DNA of 64,000 nt from Clostridia bacterium (GTDB lineage: Bacteria; Bacillota; Clostridia; UBA1381; UMGS1253), in the NCBI GenBank assembly GCA_045578865.1, contig JAZNLB010000008.1, positions 37,234-101,233 of the forward strand, read 5' to 3'. Made by a program: the position numbers and the translations under genes. This document shows, piece by piece, positions 1-6,776 of the stretch. The notes beneath the pieces were generated by a model. It was not told the origin of the DNA, did no database searches, and saw nothing but the letters and a program-made list of their open reading frames with translations. Position 1 is the stretch's first letter; every line of letters starts with the position of its first letter.

Positions 1-111
1 TTCCGTTGAGTGGTAACGCAAATTTAGCGTTGCAATTTGGGTGGTACCGCGGGTGTAAGCAAAGTTTAATGCAGCGCTCGTCCCAAGTTCGTCTTGGGAC
101 GAGCGATTTTT
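1..111 (+). promoter_or_regulatory. T-box riboswitch leader, 3' portion only (stem III, T-box/antiterminator sequence, terminator). The specifier loop lies upstream of the window.
   Basis: The canonical T-box core AATTTGGGTGGTACCGCGGG is at 34-53. It is preceded by a small hairpin (15-19/27-31) and followed by a 13-bp terminator stem whose 5' arm carries the usual TCGTCCC. The RBS and ATG of the next gene follow within 30 nt. Confidence 0.85.
75..111 (+). terminator. Intrinsic terminator of the T-box leader (attenuator)
   Basis: CGCTCGTCCCAAG (75-87) pairs with CTTGGGACGAGCG (93-105) around a 5-nt loop, followed by ATTTTTA. Confidence 0.85.
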
Positions 112-137
112 ATATCTCGGTACTTAGGAGGCAAATC

Positions 138-2444
138 ATGAAACAAATCACCGGACTCGATTTTAAAATCAAGGAAATGGCCGGCCGTATTCGCGAACTC
201 AGAGAAATTGTAGGTTTAAGTGTTGAGGATATGGCCATAAAAACCGACATAACGGTCGAGGAGTATTTGCAATGCGAAAATGGTGAAAGCGATTTAAACT
301 TTGCGTTTATTTATCGTTGTGCGCTTGCATTTAATGTCGATGTAACTGATATCATCGAAGGCTCCAGCCCGAAACTGAAGTCTTACACGGTTACGCGCGC
401 AGGCGCTGGTCAGAAAATAGAACAAGCGCACGGCATGGTATATTACAATCTGGCATCTGCGTTTAAAAATCGCATTGCCGAGCCGCTGTATGTGAAAAGC
501 GAGTATGACCCTGAGGCAGAAAGAAGAGACATTGAACTGACAACGCACAATGGTCAGGAATGTGATATTATCATACAAGGTCATTTGAAAGTACAGGTTG
601 GCAGCCATAGCGTTGTCCTTGGCCCAGGGGATAGTATTTATTACGATTCTTCCACGCCGCACGGTATGATTGCTGTCGATGGTCAGGATTGTTTGTTTTA
701 TGCGATTGTATTAAATCCGACCGGCGAACCGATTCCGGAACTTCAACCGCAAAAGTTACCGGAGACACATAAAAAATCCGCCTCGATGGAAAATCCGGAA
801 ATCCGCCAGGCAAAGCGTGTATACAACAAGTATATTGATGTAGTGAAAAACGATGCCGGTACGCCGACCTCCATCACATTTAAAAACACGGAGAATTTCA
901 ACTTCGCTTTTGATGTGGTGGATGAACTCGCAAAAACGAAACCGGATAAACTGGCGATGTTACACATCGACATAAACAAGACGGAGCGCAGATTTACCTT
1001 TGCCGATATCAGCAAAGCATCCAATCGCTGTGCAAACTACTTTAAATCCATTGGCATCAAAAAAGGCGATACCGTAATGTTGGTGTTAAAGAGACACTAC
1101 CAGTTCTGGTTTGCCATGATTGGCTTAAACAAACTCGGTGCGATTGCGATTCCGGCGACAAATCAGTTGCAGGAGCATGACTTTGAGTATCGTTTTAATG
1201 CGGCGGACATTAAGACAATTTTGTGTACTGCGGACGGCGATACGGCGAACCAAGTCGATTTGGTTGCCCCGAAATGTCCGCAACTTGTAAATAAGATTAT
1301 AGTAGGCGGCAAAAGAGACGGCTGGAGAGATTTTGACGAAGAATTTATGATGTACAGTACGCACTTTGAGCGTACGGATGAGTCCCCGTGCGGTGATGAT
1401 TTGCTTTTAATGTTCTTTACCTCCGGTACTTCAGGCTATCCTAAAATTGCAGCGCACAATCATAAATATCCGCTCGGCCATTTTCATACAGCTAAATATT
1501 GGCATTGTGTAAATCCGAATGGTTTACATTTTACCATTTCAGATACGGGTTGGGCAAAATCCATGTGGGGTAAACTTTACGGTCAATGGCTTTGCGAAGC
1601 AGCAACATTTGTTTATGATTTTGACCGTTTTGATGCAGCGGAAATTCTGCCGATGTTTGCTAAATATAAAATTACAACATTCTGTGCACCGCCGACAATG
1701 TTGCGTATGCTGATAAAACAGGATATTTCTAAGTATGATTTGTCATCCGTTGAGCATATGACAACCGCGGGCGAGGCGCTCAATCCTGAAGTGTATCGTC
1801 AATTTGAAAAGGTTACAGGCTTGCAGATTTTGGAAGGATTCGGTCAGAGTGAAAGCACGATGATTATTGGTAACCTGTACGGCGCTGAACATAAAATCGG
1901 CTCTATGGGCAAGCCGAGTCCTACCTATGATGTGATGCTGATGGGGCCGGATGGCAATGAAGTTGCAGTCGGCGAAACCGGCGAAATTGTTATTCGCATT
2001 GCGGATGGTATGCCTTGCGGTCTTTTTACCGGCTACTACAAAGACGAGGAAAAGACGCGTGAGGTTATGTATGATGGTTACTATCATACCGGCGATACGG
2101 CTTGGAAGGATGAGGACGGTTTTTACTGGTTTGTCGGTCGCGTAGATGATGTAATCAAATCATCCGGCTATCGTATCGGACCTTTTGAAATCGAAAGTGT
2201 TATCATGGAACTTCCGTATGTGCTCGAATGCGGTGTATCCGCAGAGCCGGACGAGGTGAGAGGTCAGGTAGTTAAAGCAAGCATCGTGCTCGTTAAAGGT
2301 ACCGAACCTACGGAAGACCTTAAAAAAGAAATTCAGACATATGTAAAAGAGAAAACCGCACCGTATAAATATCCTAGAATCGTCGTATTCAGAGATAGTT
2401 TACCCAAGACGGTCAGCGGTAAGATTCAAAGAAACAAACTTTAA
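138..2444 (+). CDS. Fusion protein: XRE-family HTH plus cupin sensor domain joined to an AMP-forming acyl-CoA synthetase (medium/branched-chain ACSM/MacS-like)
   Basis: ATG at 138 lies behind AGGAGG (126-131). The ORF-track start at 6 would read through the T-box and terminator. The N-terminus has an HTH (IRELREIVGLSVEDMAIKTDITVEEYLQCENGES) and a cupin (GQECDIIIQGHLKVQVG...GDSIYYDSSTPHGM). The rest has adenylate-forming motifs FFTSGTSGYPK, YHTGD, SSGYRIGPFEIES and PKTVSGKIQR. Confidence 0.85.
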   Translation: MKQITGLDFKIKEMAGRIRELREIVGLSVEDMAIKTDITVEEYLQCENGESDLNFAFIYRCALAFNVDVTDIIEGSSPKLKSYTVTRAGAGQKIEQAHGMVYYNLASAFKNRIAEPLYVKSEYDPEAERRDIELTTHNGQECDIIIQGHLKVQVGSHSVVLGPGDSIYYDSSTPHGMIAVDGQDCLFYAIVLNPTGEPIPELQPQKLPETHKKSASMENPEIRQAKRVYNKYIDVVKNDAGTPTSITFKNTENFNFAFDVVDELAKTKPDKLAMLHIDINKTERRFTFADISKASNRCANYFKSIGIKKGDTVMLVLKRHYQFWFAMIGLNKLGAIAIPATNQLQEHDFEYRFNAADIKTILCTADGDTANQVDLVAPKCPQLVNKIIVGGKRDGWRDFDEEFMMYSTHFERTDESPCGDDLLLMFFTSGTSGYPKIAAHNHKYPLGHFHTAKYWHCVNPNGLHFTISDTGWAKSMWGKLYGQWLCEAATFVYDFDRFDAAEILPMFAKYKITTFCAPPTMLRMLIKQDISKYDLSSVEHMTTAGEALNPEVYRQFEKVTGLQILEGFGQSESTMIIGNLYGAEHKIGSMGKPSPTYDVMLMGPDGNEVAVGETGEIVIRIADGMPCGLFTGYYKDEEKTREVMYDGYYHTGDTAWKDEDGFYWFVGRVDDVIKSSGYRIGPFEIESVIMELPYVLECGVSAEPDEVRGQVVKASIVLVKGTEPTEDLKKEIQTYVKEKTAPYKYPRIVVFRDSLPKTVSGKIQRNKL

Positions 2445-2545
2445 TTCAAAACTCAAGTATTTGCGAGTATTTTAACACAGCAGCGGCGAAAAATTCCGAC
2501 AAAAACGGAGCGAATACTAACGCATCGGCTTAAAGGAGGCTGCAT

Positions 2546-3208
2546 ATGGAATTCAAGCGTGTTCTTCTTTTATCCGGACATTACGGCAGCGGAAAAACCA
2601 ATATTGCCGTAAATCTGGCTTTGGATTTAAAACGAAAAGGCGATGATGTGCTGATTGCAGATATTGACATTGTCAATCCTTATTTTCGCACAAAAGACAG
2701 CCAAGCGGATTTAGCGAGCGAGGGGATTGAACTGATTTGCTCGCCGTATGCCAACTCAAATGTTGACATTCCTGCTTTACCGCAGGAGATGTACAGAATC
2801 GTCGAAAAACGCGATACTTTTGCAGTTGTGGACATCGGTGGAGATGACCGCGGTGCGCTTGCGCTTGGCCGAATTGCCGATGATATCAAGGCAGAAAACA
2901 ACTATGAAATGTTTTTAGTTGTCAATGTTTACAGACCGCTTACGGCGAATTTAGAGGATATGCTTGAAGTTGTGCGCGAAATTGAGTCGGCTTCTAAGAT
3001 TCCTTTTACGGCAATTATCAACAATTCAAATCTGGGCGAGGAAACAACACCGCAGATGGTGCTTGATTCTATCCCGTTAGTCAATAAGATTGCATCTGCT
3101 TGCAACTTACCGATTAAAATGACGACGGTTAAGTCCTCTATTTATGAGGAGTTGCAAGGCAAAATTGATAATCTGTTTGCAATGGATTTACAAGATAAAA
3201 TTTTTTAA
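2546..3208 (+). CDS. P-loop NTPase of the MinD/ParA/CooC-like (SIMIBI) type, function unknown
   Basis: Walker A is GHYGSGKTN near the N-terminus and the Walker B-like strand is FAVVDIGGDD. It is 220 aa with GGAGG 7 nt before the ATG. It sits between the ligase and the oxidoreductase genes. Confidence 0.6.
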   Translation: MEFKRVLLLSGHYGSGKTNIAVNLALDLKRKGDDVLIADIDIVNPYFRTKDSQADLASEGIELICSPYANSNVDIPALPQEMYRIVEKRDTFAVVDIGGDDRGALALGRIADDIKAENNYEMFLVVNVYRPLTANLEDMLEVVREIESASKIPFTAIINNSNLGEETTPQMVLDSIPLVNKIASACNLPIKMTTVKSSIYEELQGKIDNLFAMDLQDKIF

Positions 3209-3238
3209 TAATCTAAGAATATGAGGGGGTAACTTAAA

Positions 3239-3445
3239 ATGGCAAAATTAAGTTTTAGAACTGACCTTTGCAAGGGCTGTGGTTTGTGTGTAAATGCGTG
3301 CCCGAAGCAAGTTTTGGCGCTTTCAAAAGACAAAATCAACGCAAAAGGTCATCATCCGGTAGAAGCAATAAATATGGACGCTTGTGTAGGTTGTGCATCT
3401 TGTGCAATTATGTGTCCGGATTGTATCATAACAGTTGAAAGGTGA
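3239..3445 (+). CDS. 2x[4Fe-4S] ferredoxin, delta subunit of 2-oxoacid:ferredoxin oxidoreductase
   Basis: 68 aa with two CxxCxxCxxxCP motifs (CKGCGLCVNACP, CVGCASCAIMCP), directly abutting the alpha subunit gene. Confidence 0.85.
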   Translation: MAKLSFRTDLCKGCGLCVNACPKQVLALSKDKINAKGHHPVEAINMDACVGCASCAIMCPDCIITVER

Positions 3446-3454
3446 GTGAAAAAT

Positions 3455-4522
3455 ATGGCAGAAAAAGCATTGATGAAAGGTAATGAAGCGATTGCAGAGG
3501 CTGCTATTATGGCCGGTTGCCGTTTCTATTTCGGTTATCCGATTACACCGCAGACAGAAATTGCGGCTTATATGGCAAAGAGAATGCCAAAAATTGGCGG
3601 TACATTTTTACAGGCGGAAAGCGAAGTTGCCGCAATTAACATGGTATACGGCGTTTCTTCGACAGGTATGCGTGTTATGACATCTTCTTTCAGCCCCGGT
3701 ATTTCTTTGAAAGCAGAAGGTCTTTCGTACCTTGCAGGTTCGGATTTGCCGGCGTTGATTGTAAATGTACAACGCGGTGGTCCGGGTCTTGGCGGCATTC
3801 AGCCGTCTCAGTCCGACTATTTTCAGGCTACACGCGGTTGCGGGCACGGTGACTATCACATGATCGTTTTGGCACCTGCATCTGTACAGGAAATGGCAGA
3901 TATGACGGTTAAGGGCTTCGATTTGGCGGACAAATACCGCGTTACAAGCATGATATTGGCCGATGGTACAATGGGACAGATGATGGAGCCAGTGTCTTTG
4001 GACATTCAGCCGTCTGCTCCGATTGATAAGCCGTGGGCAGTTACTGGTACCAAAAAGGCAAGAAAGCATAATATTATCAATTCTTTGTCCTTGGTTCCAG
4101 AAGAACTTGAACAACTCAACATCGCAAGATTTGAGCGCTATAAGCAAATTGAAGAAAACGAAGTTATGTATGAAGAGTACATGATGGAGGATGCTGAATA
4201 TTGCATCGTGGCGTTTGGTATTGCAGCGCGTGTTTCTAAAAACGCAATCGTTGAAGCCAGAAAGCAGGGCATTAAAGTCGGTTTGATTCGCCCGATTACG
4301 CTTTGGCCGTTCCCGAAAAAGCCGCTTTTGGCTGCAGCTGACAAGGTAAAATCCTTTATTTCTGTTGAACTTTCCATGGGACAGATGATTGAGGATGTTC
4401 AAATTGCAACACAGTTTAAAAAGCCTGTACACCTTTGTAATAGAGTCGGTGGTATGATTGTAACACCCGAACAGGTACTGGCTAAAATCAAAGAAGTTAG
4501 TGAAAACGGAGGTGCTAAATAA
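3455..4522 (+). CDS. 2-oxoacid:ferredoxin oxidoreductase alpha subunit (VorB/KorA/PorA type)
   Basis: The N-terminus MAEKALMKGNEAIAEAAIMAGCRFYFGYPITPQTEI is typical of OFOR alpha subunits. I prefer ATG 3455, 9 nt after AGGTGA, over the track GTG at 3446. Confidence 0.85.
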   Translation: MAEKALMKGNEAIAEAAIMAGCRFYFGYPITPQTEIAAYMAKRMPKIGGTFLQAESEVAAINMVYGVSSTGMRVMTSSFSPGISLKAEGLSYLAGSDLPALIVNVQRGGPGLGGIQPSQSDYFQATRGCGHGDYHMIVLAPASVQEMADMTVKGFDLADKYRVTSMILADGTMGQMMEPVSLDIQPSAPIDKPWAVTGTKKARKHNIINSLSLVPEELEQLNIARFERYKQIEENEVMYEEYMMEDAEYCIVAFGIAARVSKNAIVEARKQGIKVGLIRPITLWPFPKKPLLAAADKVKSFISVELSMGQMIEDVQIATQFKKPVHLCNRVGGMIVTPEQVLAKIKEVSENGGAK

Positions 4523-5277
4523 TGGTAGTATTTAAGAAACCTGAATCTTTGGCAGATGTGCCTCTGCATTATTGCCCGGGTTGTACCCATGGTATTGTGC
4601 ACCGTTTGGTTGCTGAAGTTATTGATGAATTGGGCATTGAGGTCAAGACAATCGGCGTAGCGCCTGTTGGTTGTTCCGTTATGGCATACAACTATTTTAA
4701 TTGTGATATGGTTGAAGCATCTCACGGTCGTGCACCGGCAGTTGCTACGGGTTTAAAGCGTGCAAATCCGGAAGATCATGTCGTATTTACCTATCAAGGT
4801 GACGGCGACCTTGCATCCATCGGTATGGCTGAAACTGTACACTCTGCAGCAAGAAATGAAAACATCACTATTATCTTCATCAACAACGCAATTTACGGCA
4901 TGACCGGCGGCCAGATGGCACCGACATCCCTACCGGGTCAGGTGACACAAACTTCTCCGTACGGCCGTGATGTAAAAGCATGCGGTTTTCCGGTGAAAGT
5001 ATGCGAAATGCTTTCCGAGCTTGAAGGTCCGGAGTATTTAGAGCGCGTAGCCGTAAACAATGTTGCTAATGTAAGAAAAGCAAAAAAGGCGATTAAAAAG
5101 GCTTTTGAAAATCAGTTAAATAACAAGGGATTTTCTTTGATAGAAGTTATCTCTACTTGTCCGACCAACTGGGGTATGACTCCGCAAAAGGCATTGGAAT
5201 GGGTGGACGAAAAAATGATTCCGTATTATCCGCTTGGCGTTTATAAAGACAGAAGCGCACAAAGCGAAGACAAATAA
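4522..5277 (+). CDS. 2-oxoacid:ferredoxin oxidoreductase beta subunit (TPP-binding)
   Basis: It has the Cys ligands CPGCTHG and the TPP motif YQGDGDLASIG...NNAIYGMTGGQ. The start overlaps the alpha stop by 1 nt (TAATG). Confidence 0.9.
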   Translation: MVVFKKPESLADVPLHYCPGCTHGIVHRLVAEVIDELGIEVKTIGVAPVGCSVMAYNYFNCDMVEASHGRAPAVATGLKRANPEDHVVFTYQGDGDLASIGMAETVHSAARNENITIIFINNAIYGMTGGQMAPTSLPGQVTQTSPYGRDVKACGFPVKVCEMLSELEGPEYLERVAVNNVANVRKAKKAIKKAFENQLNNKGFSLIEVISTCPTNWGMTPQKALEWVDEKMIPYYPLGVYKDRSAQSEDK

Positions 5278-5294
5278 AGGGGAGGGAGCATGCT

Positions 5295-5828
5295 ATGAGT
5301 ACAACACAGATTTTAATTGCCGGTTTTGGCGGCCAGGGTATTTTGTTCTCGGGTAAATTTTTAGCGTACAAAGGCCTTATGGAAGATAAAAATGTAAGTT
5401 GGCTTCCGTCCTACGGTCCGGAAATGCGCGGCGGTACTGCAAGCTGCAGCGTCATCATCAGCGATATGCCGGTTGGCTCGCCGATTGTATCCGCTCCGGA
5501 TGTCCTGGTGGCTATGAATCTGCCGTCTTTGGATAAATATGAAGACAGCGTTGTGTCGGGCGGAACGATTTTTGTTGAATCATCGCTCATAGGACGCAAG
5601 GTAAAACGCACAGATGTCAATGTTGTATATATTCCGGCAACCAAACTTGCGGCGGAAAACAAAATTGATACTTTGGCAAACATGATTATGACGGGCAAAC
5701 TTTTGGATACGCTCGGTATGTATGACGAGACTTCTGTAAGAGCAGCGCTCGGCAAGGTTGTATCTGCAAAACGCGCGGATATGCTTGAAGTAAATGTAAG
5801 TGCGCTTGAACTTGGCAAAAACTTTTAA
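5295..5828 (+). CDS. 2-oxoacid:ferredoxin oxidoreductase gamma subunit
   Basis: ILIAGFGGQGILFSGKFLA is typical of the gamma/CoA-binding subunit. It is 177 aa with GGAGGGAG upstream. Confidence 0.85.
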   Translation: MSTTQILIAGFGGQGILFSGKFLAYKGLMEDKNVSWLPSYGPEMRGGTASCSVIISDMPVGSPIVSAPDVLVAMNLPSLDKYEDSVVSGGTIFVESSLIGRKVKRTDVNVVYIPATKLAAENKIDTLANMIMTGKLLDTLGMYDETSVRAALGKVVSAKRADMLEVNVSALELGKNF

Positions 5829-5836
5829 TCGGATTT

Positions 5837-6649
5837 GTGATTGATATGAACAAACACTATATTATTGATGCACATTGTCATATATATCCCGAAAAAATTG
5901 CAGCCAAAGCAACTGCACACACGGATGCTTTTTATGGCGTAAATTCTGCGTATGATGGTTCACTTAAACAGCTGCTCGATTTCGGTAAAAAAGCCGGCAT
6001 CAGTAAATTTATTGTGCAATCGGTTGCGACAACACCGCATCAAGTGCATAGCATCAACAATTATATAGCGCACGAAATCGAAGAGAATATTGATTTGCTC
6101 ATTGGTCTTGGCACCATGCATCCGGATAGCGAAGACATCAGTGCAGATGTGGATAGAGTTGCAAACCTAGGTTTAAAAGGAATTAAAATGCATCCGGATA
6201 TTCAAGGTTTCGCTTTGGATGATGAACGATGTATGCCTTTTTATGAACGATGTCAAACGCTTGGTTTGCCGATTTTAATTCACACTGGGGATTATCGGTA
6301 TGATTACTCCAATCCGGACAGATTGATAAACATTCTTAAAACCTTTCCGAAACTTACCGTTATCGGAGCGCATTTTGCAGGCTGGTCCGTATGGGATGAA
6401 GCGTTAGAAAAGTTGTTACAATTTGACAACTTGTATGTTGATTCCTCCTCAACACTCGGTTTTGCGAAAGATACAGACAAGTTCAAAAGTCTGTTTTTGG
6501 GGTGGGGCGAAGATAGAGTATTGTTTGCATCCGATTATCCTATGTGGTCTGCAGCAGAAGAAATCAAGGTGTTGGAATCTTTGAACTTTGATGACTGCAT
6601 GTATGAAAAAATTTTTCATAAAAATGCTGAGAAAGTATTTAAGATTTAA
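5837..6649 (+). CDS. Amidohydrolase-fold (TIM-barrel metal-dependent hydrolase/decarboxylase, amidohydrolase_2-like) protein
   Basis: The N-terminal motif IIDAHCHIYPE provides metal ligands, followed by later His/Asp-rich strands (MHPD, ILIHTGD, FASDYP). It starts 8 nt after the gamma subunit stop. An alternative ATG is at 5846. Confidence 0.65.
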   Translation: MIDMNKHYIIDAHCHIYPEKIAAKATAHTDAFYGVNSAYDGSLKQLLDFGKKAGISKFIVQSVATTPHQVHSINNYIAHEIEENIDLLIGLGTMHPDSEDISADVDRVANLGLKGIKMHPDIQGFALDDERCMPFYERCQTLGLPILIHTGDYRYDYSNPDRLINILKTFPKLTVIGAHFAGWSVWDEALEKLLQFDNLYVDSSSTLGFAKDTDKFKSLFLGWGEDRVLFASDYPMWSAAEEIKVLESLNFDDCMYEKIFHKNAEKVFKI

Positions 6650-6653
6650 TTTA

Positions 6654-6683
6654 AAAAAGCGAAGGAGAACCTTTGCTTTTTTT
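6654..6683 (+). terminator. Intrinsic terminator closing the T-box operon
   Basis: AAAGCGAAGG-AGAA-CCTTTGCTTT followed by a T run. Confidence 0.7.
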
Positions 6684-6695
6684 CGTTGTACAGGA

Positions 6696-6724
6696 TTGTT
6701 ATTTTTGAATTTTTGTGGTAAAAT
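6696..6724 (+). promoter_or_regulatory. Sigma-A type promoter for polA
   Basis: TTGTTA, 17-nt spacer, TAAAAT, with an extended -10 TGg. Confidence 0.5.
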
Positions 6725-6776
6725 GATAAATGTAATAAATCGTAAATTCCAGTGTTTACAATAAGGAGTAAATCTT

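Noticed and set aside
6-137. N-terminal 44-codon extension of the first ORF in the track
   Set aside because: It would translate through the T-box core and its terminator hairpin. A canonical AGGAGG-ATG pair at 126/138 marks the real start.
3608-4432. 274-aa ORF on the minus strand
   Set aside because: It is antisense to the OFOR alpha subunit gene and has no RBS or motifs.
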